A stretch of 64,000 nt of DNA, taken from assembly GCF_964188315.1 (NCBI RefSeq), contig NC_135667.1:26598001-26662000 (forward strand). The letters run 5' to 3'. The notes under the pieces were generated by a model, which searched no databases, had not been told where the DNA came from, and worked only from the letters and a program-made list of their open reading frames with translations. The first letter of the stretch is position 1; each line of letters opens with the position of its first letter. The position numbers were made by a program, and so were the translations under genes. Of this stretch, positions 44,673-57,845 are shown piece by piece. Origin of the DNA: Podarcis muralis. Taxonomy: Eukaryota.

Positions 44673-47178
44673 CCTTTTAATCTGCTGAAGGGGAAGAAGA
44701 ACAATTTGTGCAATCAATATTACTCTCCCCTCATGTTATTCTAGTATTTGCCCCCATCTGAATTAAAGGGATCTCACCCCAGATTCAAGTCTCCCAATAG
44801 TCCTATTCAGGTATTTGTTCCTCCAAGTCTCGCTTAAATTATTCCCATGATATAAGAAAAACAAGGACAAAGGTGAACTGTTTTGAATTTGAGTGCTTCG
44901 ATTAACCTGCCTGCTTTTTCTGGAAATACGGCACCCCTAGGTGAGCTTTATAAAATGGCTGAGGGAGCCATTCAGTGGATAGAAACCCGTAATGCAAAGA
45001 TTGCTGCCTTTCTGATATTGCAAGCGTGTTTTTGATTTTTTGCATAAAAGCTATACAGATGATATCATCCTACTTACTAATAAGGTAGCCTGAGACCAAC
45101 TTGAATGCTTTACAAAGTATCAACCAGGCAATCATGGCTCCAGAATTTTAGTGATCCCTCTCACCCTGGATCAGTCAGGAAATGCAACCATGCTGCCACA
45201 ACTAAAGAACATGAGAAACAAAATAACTTTGTCTTTTGGATGATTCCGAATTATGTCAGGGTGAAACCACATGAATTTATTGATGGAACAAACATGTCAA
45301 AATAATCTGTGGTTATAAATTGGGTTGGTCAAGTGAGGCAAGGTATTTATTATTTTATTTAACAGGTTTTATATACCATTTAATCATCAAAACCTCTAAG
45401 TGATAGCTGCAAGATATAGTTATCCTCTGAAATGCAATGCCATCAATAATCAGAATAATCAGAACATGCGTAAATGACCAACAGACACAGTGAAATAATT
45501 CAAATAACTCAAATATTTGCACTTGTAGATCAGTGAACTGTTAGCTGCTACCCAGCTTTAGCAAGGAGCTCTGTGACTATTAAAAGCTTGCACCCACATC
45601 AACATAGTTTTTATGCTATATAGCATCTACTTTCTCTCTTACCTTCCAGATATATCCCGATCCAGGTGTATCTAAGCAAAGGCTGCCTTATCATTTATCC
45701 ACTGAAATTTAGGTAACTGAAGAGGCAGATTGGATATTGGTCCATTATGGAAGGATAGGAATGGGGAACCTGTGATCCTCCAGATGTTGTTCACCTCCCA
45801 TCAGCTCCTACCAACATCAGCTTGATGGGAGCTGTAGATCATCAACATTGGAGACCCAAAGCTTTCCCATATCCTACCTTAGAGTGCCTAGATAGGAAGA
45901 GAACAAGGCTCTTGTAGCAATTGGGTGATTAACAAAGTCCCTCTATAAATCCTGGTGGTGCTCTGGGTTGGTTGTATACAAAGGAGTACAGGGCTCTTGC
46001 ATTTTCACAAGGTGTCAAGAAAGAAGGAATTATGATGCCACCACTGAGCATGTCACAATGCTGAATGGATGATCAAAGACACACCTGAGTCTGACAGCAA
46101 ACTAGTCATCATAGTAGACTTGCCTTTATATCACAGTGATGGGAATAATCATGCATTCAGCCTGTGTATGTAATTCTCACCTGAAATTCAAGGTAGTCAA
46201 AATCTTGGAATGCTCCCTTCTGCTTCCTAATATTTAATTTTAGGATTAGAAACACAAAGGTCTCTTGACTATGGCTGCTTGATTGCTTTTCAAAGTCATG
46301 TTCTGTAGGCATTGAGATTCTAAGATTCATCAGTCAATCTCATGGATCAGTTGAATTTAAAACCAGATCACTTTTTCATGCTCAAAGCTTATTATTTAGG
46401 CTACAACTGCCAAAGGGATGTGTGAGAAGCAGTGGGCATTATGCCGTAATTAGTCTCTTAAGAAAAACTTGTTTTTAAACACCGTGTTGATTGAATATCT
46501 CTTTGAGGAATAGCTCAATGAAGCACATCTCATCGGGAATAATAAGGGAAGCTGAACATTTCTTAGAACTGACCCAACATTTCTCAGAAGACATTTCTCT
46601 GAGAATTGTTTTGAACATTTTTTTTATCACATGCTGACTATCCAAAGAGGGGTTTTAAGCAAAATTACCTGAAATGTGGTATTCTTAGAAGAAAAAACTC
46701 TTCCAGTCATAGTCCGTTATGGTTTCAAATTGGGTGGAGGACTGCATGTTGTGATACCTGCATTGCAAGGGATTGAACTACATGACCTCTTCCAATTTTA
46801 TGATTCTATGTTTCATTTTGCTGGTCAGAACAGTAGTCCATTGAAGTCACACTACAGATGCTTAACAACCACCAGTTTAACCTCCATATAGCATGAAAGG
46901 AGTAACAATTAGTTCTAAGCAAGGTACACATGCAATGTTTAGAGGTTGCATAACATGTATTTTTCAACACTTAGAAAGATTTACATTCATATTGTTCTAT
47001 TTGGATCCAAATCTTTCCACAGAGAGCGGAAAGCTGAGTGCATGAGAGTCCCCTGAGTGTTCCATTCAGTTATTTCCAAGGCTTATACTTGTTTAGTTCA
47101 GAAGAAGACCTACATCCAGTACAAAATGATGCCTTTGTAATAGAAAAGGGCTTCATCATTCAGTTTGAAATCATGGCT

Positions 47179-48141
47179 TTAATAAACTCTTATATGTGCA
47201 TATTTGTAAGCTACTTTCCTCAAGGCCTCCTTCACCTCTTTGTTCCTCAGACTATATATTAGAGGATTAAGGAGAGGTGTCAATATTGTGTAAAAGACAG
47301 AGAAGACTTTGTTCAGCTCTCTCAGTTGGTTGGTGTCTGGCAAAATGTACACAGCGATGATGGTGCCATAGAAAATGGTCACCACAATGAGATGAGAAGA
47401 GCAGGTAGAGAAGGCCTTTTGTCTTCCTGTGGAGGACGGGATGCCAAGAATGGCATTAATGATGCACCCATAGGATGCTATTGTTATACTGAATGGTGGC
47501 AGTGTGCAGATGGAGGTCAGAGCAAATGACAGAACTTTTATTTGATGTGTGTCACTGCAGGCAACATTCACTATTGGAAGGAAATCACAAGAGAAATGAT
47601 CAATAACACTGTAGCCACAGAAGGTTAACTGCAGTGTAAAAATTAACAAGATCATGTTTACCACAAAACTGCCGATCCAAGAACCAGCCACCAGCTGGAG
47701 GCAGATTTTGAAATTCATAAGAAATGGATAATGCAAGGGCCTGCATATTGCGACATAGCGATCGTAGGACATTGCTGTCAGGAGGTAGCACTCTGCTGCT
47801 ATCAAGAAACCAAAAACCCACAATTGCACAATGCACCCATTCACCGAAACACTTTGGTTCTTGGTTAAGAAACTGGCCAGCATTCTAGGGAGGATGGTTG
47901 AACTGTAGCAGGTCTCCAAGCAAGACAGATTCCCAAGGAAGAAATACATGGGTGTGTGTAAGCTTTGATCAAGCACAACTAGTACAACAATGAGGATGTT
48001 CCCAACCATGGTCATAACGTATATAATTAGAAACAGCATGAATAGAAAAATCTGGAGTTCCTGGATGTCTCCAAAACCAAGAAGGATGAATTCTGCTATG
48101 TTGGTTTCATTTCTCTCCTCCTCTTTCTTAATGGTTTTCAT
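47179..48141 (-). CDS. Olfactory receptor, family 11/6-like, gene F (320 aa)
   Basis: Intact OR motifs; ATG directly after ctattccaccag. Confidence 0.95.
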   Translation of the reverse strand: MKTIKKEEERNETNIAEFILLGFGDIQELQIFLFMLFLIIYVMTMVGNILIVVLVVLDQSLHTPMYFFLGNLSCLETCYSSTILPRMLASFLTKNQSVSVNGCIVQLWVFGFLIAAECYLLTAMSYDRYVAICRPLHYPFLMNFKICLQLVAGSWIGSFVVNMILLIFTLQLTFCGYSVIDHFSCDFLPIVNVACSDTHQIKVLSFALTSICTLPPFSITIASYGCIINAILGIPSSTGRQKAFSTCSSHLIVVTIFYGTIIAVYILPDTNQLRELNKVFSVFYTILTPLLNPLIYSLRNKEVKEALRKVAYKYAHIRVY

Positions 48142-49946
48142 CTGGTGGAATAGAAGAGATGAGGTGGGGTGTGATCATTGTTTTCTTTGTTTTGCAAGTA
48201 CAAATACAAACAGGAAGAATCATCAGGAGAGTCAATATGACACATGCAAGGGCCACATAGCTGAAGTTATAATATCATTGCACAGGAGGGAATACAAGAG
48301 TCTTCTTTATTCACCAGGACCGTCTTTCTTATGCATCCATTATAGAATATACAGTTTGTGGAAACAATACAGGTATTAATTTTTCCCATCAGTTGTAAGC
48401 AACAGTCATTAAATCACAACCTCCAAGTTAAGAGGGTTGTGTACTGCCTTCAGAATCAAAGGCAGTATGCCTATGAGTACAAGTCACAGAGAAAGGACAA
48501 GAGGAGGTGACTGTTGCATTCATATGCTGTTTGTGAGCTTCCCAGAGACATCTTGTTGGGCATTATGGGAAACTAAACACTGACTAGATAGACCTTTAGT
48601 TGGATTCATCAGAGTTCTCCATGTGTTATTGTGCTCTTATTTAATCCCTCTGATGCTAGTTGGCAACCCAAAGCTCTCACTGCTAGACTTCACCATGAGC
48701 TAAAACAGTTTGCGTAGGGGATGAGGAGACATTGAAACTTAGATTTTTTTTAATATGTTATTATTAGCAGTGTTCAAGTTATACATTGAGAAGTTATGTA
48801 TAGAGTATAAATGTGTGTTCAAGCTTCTTGATTTGAGATAAAATAATGGTCCCTTTGTGGTCAACCTAAGATGTAAAAGAAGCAAGATATGGGCAAGACA
48901 AGTAAATTCAAAGGTTTCAATAGGTTATCTAGGGCCATTTCTGGAAGATAGCAATGTCAGGCATTTACCATAACCAACAAAGGGTCAATTCCCCAACAAT
49001 GTCCTATTCTTGTATGTAAACAGAGCCCCCAAGGTGGTCAGAAGGTGCAGGAGAGAACTCTTGATTTGCACACCACACTTCAAAGCCCACTCACCAGGTT
49101 TATGAGAGGTGGGACAAGTCGTCCTCCCATTCATGCCTCCCAGGTTCTTTCCTCCCTTGTGTGAGGCTCCCTTGAATTTCTTCTCCTGTGCCTTTTGAAC
49201 ACTCCTGCTTGCCAGTTTACCAGGTGGAGGGGACATACAGTGGCAGGATTTAGGGGCAAGTGGTAGGCATTATTGGAAGCACATTGTGGTGGGGTCATGC
49301 ATTGGATCCATCTTCCCAACACCTACATCACTTCAGCTAATCCAGATTGGGAGGAGACAGGGCAGCTCTAATGTTTGGGATGCACTGGCACATTGGCAGG
49401 AGCACTGCATTGGTTCCACCATTTCACTGACACATCCCCAACCTCACTGCCACCCTACATCACTCCATCCAATCCATGTAAGCTGCAGGGGCACAAGTGT
49501 TAGAAGGATGGATCTCTGGCACAGACTCAGCTGCCCTAGTGTTTCTCCTTTTACAGTTGGCCAAGTTGAAATTAAAAAAAAATAGTTGCATTGTCTTGTA
49601 CAGGATCATTTCCCTGTGCTCAGCAAGTCTTCCAGGTGGGCCCAAGCTACATCCTTTGTATGATCTCTGCAAAATCCTCTGCTTGTTAAGGATTAATAAG
49701 CATTCTCCACACAGGAATTGTTGTGACTCCTTTCCCACTGAATGCCTTGAAATGAAATTCTGTAAAGCTGTTTCACAAAGAGACATTTTGATATTTAAAA
49801 GTGCCAGGTGTAAGCTTAGAGAAGCCCCTATTAAAATCCCAACAGAGCTCCGATTGATTAGATGTGAAAGAGGGAAAGGTCACTTCTGCCATGAACATTT
49901 GTCAAAAAAAGAATTTGTAATGGGCACAACCAAGCATGTACAAATA

Positions 49947-50188
49947 CAGTGGTACCTCAGGTTAAGTACTTAATTCGTTCCGGAGGTCCGTTCTTAACCT
50001 GAAACTGTTCTTAACCTGAAGCACCATTTTAGCTAATGGGGCCTCCTGCTGCTGCCACGCTGCTGGAGCACGATTTCTGTTCTCATCCTGAAGCAAAGTT
50101 CTTAACCTGAAGCACTATTTCTGGGTTAGCGGAGTCTGTAACCTGAAGCGTATGTAACCTGAAGCGTATGTAACCCGAGGTACCACTG
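49947..50188. mobile_element. Tc1/mariner-type MITE (~242 bp family)
   Basis: TIRs and TA TSD. Confidence 0.9.
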
Positions 50189-50596
50189 TACTGAAATGTT
50201 GAGAGAAGACACAACACTGTTTCTATACAACAGTTAAGAGACATAAAAGCACTGCCCTCTTTTGCATTTAGTCACCATAGTAGAGTTGCTTTTATATCAC
50301 AATAATTGTGTATTCAGCATGTGCAGGAAATGCTATTCTGGAATCCAACACAGGGGAAAACTTCAACTACTTACCAGTGGTTTCTAATCTTTATACAGGA
50401 ACAGTATACGATTGATGTTTGCAAAGGCATTTTGCTATATTATGAAATTCACGTTCTTCAGGTAATAAGATGAAGATTTCGCTGATCATACTGATGGATC
50501 AGTTACAGTGACAATGGCTGATTCTCTGTCATAGTCAGTGCTTCTTATGTAGACTGTAATTACATATGAAGAAAGCAAGAAGAAGACACTCACTGG

Positions 50597-50614
50597 CTAA
50601 TTAACCTCTTGGGA
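50597..50614. promoter_or_regulatory. Homeodomain (TAATTA) plus O/E-like (cctcttggga) motif, putative OR F promoter
   Basis: Conserved at 55448, 61228 and 46447; donor-like ctg|gtaagt ~220 bp downstream on the minus strand (50373-50374). Confidence 0.55.
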
Positions 50615-50894
50615 TATGCCCATGTTGGAGTGGGGATAAGTTTGAAAAAGGAGGAGGAGGAGCATCACTAAACACTCAACTTCCAAAAAGTTCAAGAGAA
50701 ACCAACATTATTTATAATAACATTAGAAAAATGTCTCAAGGGTGGGGGAGCACCCCATCTCAAGGTTGTACTTGGATGGTGAGTTTGATGAGCTTCAATC
50801 CCAAAATACAAAATAAACAAACAAATAGAAAGGGAGAAGCAAATAGAAACAAATAGAAAGGGAGAAGAATAAGAAAATGCATTTCAAATATTTA

Positions 50895-51061
50895 GTCTCT
50901 CCTGTGGTGCAATGGGTCAGTGCATCTGACCATTAACCAGAAGGTTAGTGGTTCAAGTCCAACTAGTGACAGCTGTGGGCAGGAGTCCTGAATTGCAGTG
51001 GTTGGACTAGATGACCCTTGGAGTCCCTTCCAACTCTACAATTCTATGATTCTATGTTCTA
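50895..51061 (+). mobile_element. tRNA-Asn-derived SINE with CR1-type tail
   Basis: Head resembles tRNA-Asn (gtctct..gtggtgcaat..ttaacc..aaggtt.gtggttc); tail cccttccaactctacaattctatgattctatg. Confidence 0.75.
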
Positions 51062-52237
51062 TTTGAAATAGCTCTAACTTAACTGAGGTGGTGAATGTAA
51101 TTTAAACCTTTAAAGTTCTAAAGTGTTTGAGACCAAGACATTTGAAATAATATGTCATACTGGTCTAGTTTCCACCCCATTAATGGTGATCTTTACATCT
51201 GACCCACCTAATTTGGTCACTCAAGATTCCCTTGGTTCAGAGGTCAGAAGCTATGGTGCTCCTTACCAGTCGCTGGATGAGGGTCTGCTGGATCTGCATA
51301 TCCTCCAACCATCCCAATTTGACCGGGACACCCCAGAATTACAGAAGCCATCCCTGCTTCTGATTGGATCCCAGAATGTCCCATTTTTGGTACTCCATTC
51401 TCACACAAGTTACCTGCCTCCTGCAAGTGTGAGACCAAAAGATGTGTAGTTTTTTGTGCCACACTTGCCTTGTGCACCTCCTCCTCCTCCACAGTTTTCA
51501 CTTAAAAACCAGCATACTTGTTTCACACTTCCCAGATGCAAACTGAAACACAAATATCCTTTGAAACTCACATTTCACTGAATTTTATATAGCAGTTCTT
51601 CTGTGATCTAGTGTGTAAAAAAAACAACACCACAAAAATATGTGCATACATATGAATGTGAATATGTAGGTTTCGTGGTGGAGTGGAAATGACCACGTTC
51701 ATTTTGACCAAGCCTATATTTGCCTTGGTCACGTGAGTAAGGGGGCTTGGTCAATGGGGCTTGTGTGTGAGAAAGAAGGAGTAGCACTTGAGTCGGTGTG
51801 TGGAAAGGTTTAACATCGTATTTCGAGGGAATGGAGAGGGGTATGTAACTAGTAAGAAGAAGTGCATGTGGAAATGATATGCTATGTTGATGGGTTATAT
51901 GCATTACGTGAATGGGAAGTGTTGGACACCGGGGAGCATAACGTGCTTAGTGGCAGAGCAATGGGAATGTTAGAGAGGGTGTTGCATGAATGGTATGAGT
52001 ATGTGATTAATTGTGCAGACATTAGGAATGGCTACAAAAAGGTATTGCAATTGATTTGTCATATGTAGCTTACAGTGTTCACCTATAATGTTCATTAGCT
52101 ACAATACAGAGGGCTCTGTAACATGTCTCCAAGGTCTTAGAACATAGCCTAAATGACTTTTGAATGTTGCCTTTCTTAGTGTGTATGAGGTTCACAAACT
52201 CCATATCGTTCCCTTTTTTCTAGCTATGGAAGTCTAG

Positions 52238-53224
52238 TCACCTTATGCAACATCTAAAGATTTGAAGGCCAGAGTTGAATGCACATTTGCACATATGGCT
52301 GCCTGCTCTCCTCAAGGCTTCCTTCACCTCCTTGTTCCTCAGGCTGTATATGAGGGGATTGACTAGAGGTGTCAAAATAGTGTAAAAAACAGAGAATAAT
52401 TTGTTCAGCTCTTTCAGTTCATTGGTATCTGGCAAAACATATACAATGATGAGAGTGCCATAGAAAATGGTCACCACAATGAGGTGAGAAGAGCAAGTAG
52501 AGAAGGCCTTTTGCCTCCCTGTGGTGGATGGAATTTGAAGAATGGCTGCAATGATGTACATGTATGATGCTAAGGTCAGAATGAATGGTGGCAGGGTAGC
52601 TATTGAAGTCAGAACAGTCGATATGAGTTTAACCCGCCGTGTGTCACTGCAGGCCAGATTAATCAATGGAGTGAAATCACAAAAGAAATGTTGAATGACA
52701 TTGTGGCCACAGAATGTTAGCTGCAATACAAATATAAATACTGTTGTGTCCATCACAAAGCTGCTCATCCAAGATCCAACCACCAGCAGGAGGCAAACCT
52801 TTGCATTCATATGTGTGGAATAATGCAGTGGGCGACATATTGCCAAGCAGCGATCATAAGACATTGCTGCCAGGAGATAGCATTCTGTTCCTGCTAAAAC
52901 CCCAAAAGTCCAGAATTGGACCAAGCAGCTATGAATAGACACACTATCATTATGTGTTAATAAACTGGCCAGCATTCTGGGGAGGATGGTTGAGCTGTAA
53001 CAGGTCTCTAAGCAAGACAAATTCCCAAGGAAGAAATACATGGGTGTGTGTAAGTGCCGATCAGTCACAACTAGTCCAACAATGATCAAGTTCCCAACCA
53101 TGGTCATGATGTAGATCATGAGAAAAACAATGAAGAGAAGAATTTGTAGGTCATGGAAGTCTCCAAAGCCACGAAGGATGAATTCTGTAATGATGGTCTC
53201 ATTACGCCCAGCAGGTTTTTGCAT
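52238..53224 (-). CDS. Olfactory receptor, family 11/6-like, gene G (328 aa from ATG), DRY changed to DRC
   Basis: Intact frame and OR motifs; MSYDRCLAIC. Confidence 0.92.
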   Translation of the reverse strand: MQKPAGRNETIITEFILRGFGDFHDLQILLFIVFLMIYIMTMVGNLIIVGLVVTDRHLHTPMYFFLGNLSCLETCYSSTILPRMLASLLTHNDSVSIHSCLVQFWTFGVLAGTECYLLAAMSYDRCLAICRPLHYSTHMNAKVCLLLVVGSWMSSFVMDTTVFIFVLQLTFCGHNVIQHFFCDFTPLINLACSDTRRVKLISTVLTSIATLPPFILTLASYMYIIAAILQIPSTTGRQKAFSTCSSHLIVVTIFYGTLIIVYVLPDTNELKELNKLFSVFYTILTPLVNPLIYSLRNKEVKEALRRAGSHMCKCAFNSGLQIFRCCIR

Positions 53225-53599
53225 CTTTTTCAGTTGAAGGGGGGAATGGAATTTGTCCAATCAACAATAAAAAAAATTATCGCTTAAAGAAAGAAAGGAA
53301 AAAATAGGGAGGTAGTCAAGAGGAAGGAAGAATACAGTATATTTTATATTTTGCAATTTCTTAATTTAAAAGCAGAGCTTAAAATCATGAAAGTATCCTT
53401 ATAAGAGTATATAAAACAATGTAGGGGACTCAAGCACATAGAACTGTGTATAATCTTATGCATCAGGGAAAACCAGAGCATCGTGATACAGTAAGTCTTT
53501 ACAAGATATCTGAAGCAACTGATAGCTACTGCTTTACATATGGCACATAGTACAAGGGCAAGAGCAGAAAATGTCAATTTTTTTGTCTCTACCCTATAA

Positions 53600-53830
53600 T
53601 ACTGTGTAGGGTGCACTGCCATGACTAGAAGTTTCCTAGATGATCTAAGTGATCTTACTGGCCCATGCAGGAGCAAGCAGTCTTTCAGGTAACGCAGTCC
53701 TGAATTCTTCAAGGCTTTCTATGTTAACAACAAGATATTGAACAGGGCCCGGTAGCTGATTGTCAGGCATTGCAGTTCCTTCAACTCAAGTGCAATAGCA
53801 CCAGTTGCAGCTTCTGGAACAATTCCAGTG
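53600..53830 (-). mobile_element. Old L2-like LINE fragment
   Basis: aggcttt.tatgttaacaacaa.a.attgaac.gggcccgg resembles antisense L2 RT end; boundaries approximate. Confidence 0.45.
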
Positions 53831-55447
53831 AAAGTGCCACATAAAAGAGCATTACAATAATTGATGCATGAATCAGAGTGACCAAGGTAAGGGCATTGTT
53901 GGCATCCCACCCTAAGCCAATAATAAGTGCTGCATGTCACAGAGGTCATTTGGCCCTCCAGTAACAAAGCTGGATCAAGGCGTGAAACTTTGTGTCTCTA
54001 TCTTGACAAGATTCAGCTTTGGTTTGTTGGTTCTCATCCACCCAACCACTGCAGCTAGGCATCTTTGAAAATAGTCACAGACTCTCCTGCTTCAGATGTA
54101 ACAGAGAAATGGAGCTGGGAGTCCTCACCATACAGATGACGCCATGTTATGATCTGACAGCAGATCACTGCTCCAGCATTTCATGTCTTACCGAGAATAT
54201 TGTGTGTGGCCATGCAAAGTTGAAGTGCTGAAGTGTATGAACAGTTGTTTCCACAAGTCAGCTGGTGAGTGTATTGTTGGAATCGCATACCAAATAAGGC
54301 AGCTTTGTATGTTCATGTGATCACTGCATTCACAGAGCCCAGAATTAACTCTGTCCCAACTGCATTAGGAGGTTAGACTTCCCATAATTTACGACATAGT
54401 AAAGTGACATTATGACCTGTGACTGCCAAAAGAGCCCAATTCGTTCCATAGGTGTACCCTTTCAGCTCCAAACTCACTGCCACCATGTCCTTCCCCCGCC
54501 CCACTCAGATAAGCTGCAGTGACACCAGTGTTGGGAGGGCAGCCACCACAGCACTATACAAAACCATCAGCATCTACTGGTTTTTCTCCTTTCAGAACTG
54601 GCCACATTAAATTAACTCACTCTGTCTAGAAAAATTATCCCTGTGCCCACCAAGCTTGAAAATTGGGCCCAAACTGCTCTATAAACTCCCTATAAGCCTT
54701 CCTACTAGGTGGCTGGTTAATAAGCATTGGTCACCCAGTAAATGAGTGGCTGATTTCACACTGAATTTGTTCCACCAAAATTCTGCAAGCCAGTTGCACT
54801 AACATTTCCCTGCTTAAAGCTGAGAGATGAAAGAAGATCCTCTTTAATTTGTGACAGAGTTCTTGGCTGATTAGATGCAAATGAGGATAGGACTCCTGAC
54901 AAAAAAAGAAGTTATCTAATAAAAACAGCTGAGCATGTCACAGTAGTGTAGGCTGGAGAGAAGACAGAATGAGAGAATTAAAGGGCATGGAAGCCCTGTC
55001 CTCCTTTGCGTCTGGTCACCATAGGGGACTTGTTTTTATGGCAGGCTGTTTGGAATAATCATGTATTCAGTATGTGTGGAGAAGGAACTGGCAGACCACT
55101 CCAGTATTTTGTCAAGAAAACCGAGGTTATGCTCTGGTTCATGGGGTTACGGAGGGTCAAACAGGACTAAACAACAACAGTATGTGCAGAAAATTCAAAA
55201 CTGGGATCTAAAGCAATAGATAACTTGGACTACTCACCTTTGATTATAATCTAGAGTCGCTCTTTAGAACTGATCAGAAAAAGGTCTTTTGGTTTGTTAT
55301 CAATTCCATAATTTTAAGGGATGAAATGACGATTTCTCCAGTCATGTTGCTGGATCAGTTTCAGTGACAATGGCTGATTCCCCTTCATGCTCAGAACTTC
55401 TTATCCAGAATGTAATTTCTTATGAAGAAGAAACAGGCACTTATTGG

Positions 55448-55465
55448 CTAATTGACCTCTTGGGA
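55448..55465. promoter_or_regulatory. Homeodomain (TAATTG) plus O/E-like motif, putative OR G promoter
   Basis: ctaattgacctcttggga; donor-like aag|gtgagt at 55236-55237 on the minus strand. Confidence 0.55.
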
Positions 55466-55821
55466 TACTCTAGTGTTGTAGTGGAGTAATCTTTTAAAAA
55501 CATCACTGAGAATTTCAAGTGAAGCCCAAACAATTTATGATAGATAATATTAGAGAAATTACTCAAAGGGGACCCACACCATCTTAACCTTCAAAGTCCT
55601 AAAGAGCTTGTGATCAAGATTCATGAAGGAATATCTTACTCTGATCTAAGCTCCCACCCCATGGATGGTGCTCTTTCTACCTAACCCACTTAGCTTGTCA
55701 CCCAAGATTCCTTTGGCTCAGTGTGTATTTATTTCAAGAGCACTGTCACTCTTTTCATGCCTGCCATTCTCTTTATCACAAAAATATAATATTTTTAAGA
55801 TTTAGATGACAGTTAAATTTC

Positions 55822-56040
55822 TGTGGCCACAATGTCATTGAGCATTTCTTTTGTGATTTCATTCTAACTATGAACCTGGCCTGTAACGGTGCACATCAGG
55901 TAAAACTCCTATCAGCCGTTCTCACCTCTATTGCCCCCCTGCCACCATTCATTCTGACTATGACATCAAATGCGTACATAATGTCGGCCATTCTTGGCAT
56001 CCTGTCCACCACAGGGCTTCTCTACCTGCTCTTCCCATCA
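55822..56040 (+). pseudogene. Inverted internal OR fragment (ECL2 to IC3)
   Basis: CGHNVIEHFFCDF..NLAC..QVKLLSAVLTSI..LPPF..ILGILSTTG, then a deletion to FSTCSSH-like sequence. Confidence 0.85.
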
Positions 56041-56301
56041 GCATCTCAGTCAAGGGTCTTTTAAATAAAGAAATAAAAACATATACTTCAAAAGCATTTT
56101 CTTATTATTCCTGTCTACACATATGCCCCAAAGGTGACTGGAAGCATAGCAAAATGCATACGGGAGAGGAGTAACTAAGGTTGCAATCCTATGGACCAGG
56201 AGTGGGGAACAATTGACCAGTGGGCCAGATGCAATCTCTAGAATTTTCTCATTTGGCCTAAAGTGCCTCCCCACACCCAGAAAGAATCAAGTTTTTGACT
56301 A

Positions 56302-56526
56302 CAGTGGTACCTTGGGTTAAGAACTTAATTCGTTCTAGAGGTCTGTTCTTAGTCTGAAGCACCACTTTAGCTAATGGGGCCTCCTGCTGCCGCTGCACCG
56401 CCACTGCACGATTTCTGTTCTCATCCTGAAGCAAAGTTCTTAATCCAAGGTAATATTTCTGGGTTAGCGGAGTTTGTAACCTGAAGTGTATGTAACCTGA
56501 AGCGTATGTAACCCAAGGTACCACTG
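56302..56526. mobile_element. Tc1/mariner-type MITE (~242 bp family, small internal deletion)
   Basis: TIRs cagtggtaccttggg / cccaaggtaccactg. Confidence 0.88.
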
Positions 56527-57137
56527 TGTACATAAATGCTTCCCTCAAGCCTAATTGCAGGAGTGGGACTTTTTACAGGGTTCCAACTGGGAAGGGCACT
56601 GGGCACTGCAAGCTCTCCAAACCACAATTTGACTTGAAAAAAAAGCTTGCTACTGAAGTCTTGAGCCTAATGGCTATGGTTGGAGGCAATATTCTGAAGA
56701 AAGTAGCTGGGGAGGGTAGGGTTATTGTATGTGAGCATTTCTGTAATGTGGTTGTATCCATTTAAATTAAGGGACCTAAGTTGGTCATGTCCATTATTTA
56801 CTATGGGTTCATTCTGAGCACAACTAGCATATAGTACATCCCACAGAGCATGTGAATCTGTATCAATGGTCTATCTGAGTGTGTGATTTATATGAGGGTG
56901 GCTATACCCATCTAGTCTTGCCTGATTTTGTCTTGGCCATTCAAGTAATACATGAAAGGGGCTTGTGACCAAGAAGGGGGGGGGGGCAGCACTTTAACCA
57001 GCTGTGCAAGAAGTGTGTACATTGTATCTGTGTGAAACAGGGAGAGGGGTATGTAACTAGTAAGAAGAATATATGCCAAAGTCATGTGGCATGTTGATTT
57101 ATTATATGGAGAATATGGTGTGTTAGACACAGGGAAG

Positions 57138-57845
57138 AATTATTATTATTATTATTATTTATACTTTTTGTTTTATTAATATTATTATGGGTTAAATTTC
57201 TATACAGCCCTTCATCTGAGGGTTATAGGGCAGTTTACAATATAAAAACACAAAAATACATAACATAGTTAGAAACCAAAACAAGAACATCCACCCACAC
57301 GGTTTAAAAGGCCATAAATTGTTTAATTTGCCAAAGGTCTGGGAGAAGAGGAATAATAATATTTATTTATACATACATACATACCCCACCCATCTGGCTG
57401 GGTTTCCCCAGCCACTCTGGGCTGTTCACAACAGGATATTAAAAACACGATAAAACATCAAACATTAAAAACTTCCCTAAACAGGGCTGCCTTCAGATGT
57501 CTTTTAAAAGTCAGGTAGTTGTTTATTTCCTTGACATCTGATGGGAGGGCATTCCACAGGGTGGGCACCACTACCGAGAAGGCCCTCTGCCTGGTTCCCT
57601 GAAAGCTCACTTCTTGCAGTGAGGGAACCGCCAAAACACCCTCAGAGCTGGACCTCAGTGTCCGGGCTGAACGATGTGGGTGGAGATGCTCCTTCAGGTA
57701 CACTGGGCAGAGGTCATCCAGGGCTTTAAAGGTCAGTACCAACACTTTGAATTGTGCTCAGAAACGTACTGGGAGCCAATGTAGGTCTTTCAGTTATATG
57801 GTCTCGGCGGCCACTCCCAGTCACCAGTCTAGCTGCCAGGTTGTG
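57138..57845 (-). mobile_element. Two adjacent L2-type LINE 3' ends
   Basis: Tails at ~57138 and ~57352; the second has LVLTFKAL..HPHRSARTLRS..RAFSVVVPTLWNALP (L2 ORF2 end). Confidence 0.8.

Noticed and set aside
50895-50970. tRNA-Asn gene
   Set aside because: Stems are degenerate and it continues into a CR1-type tail, so it is a SINE head
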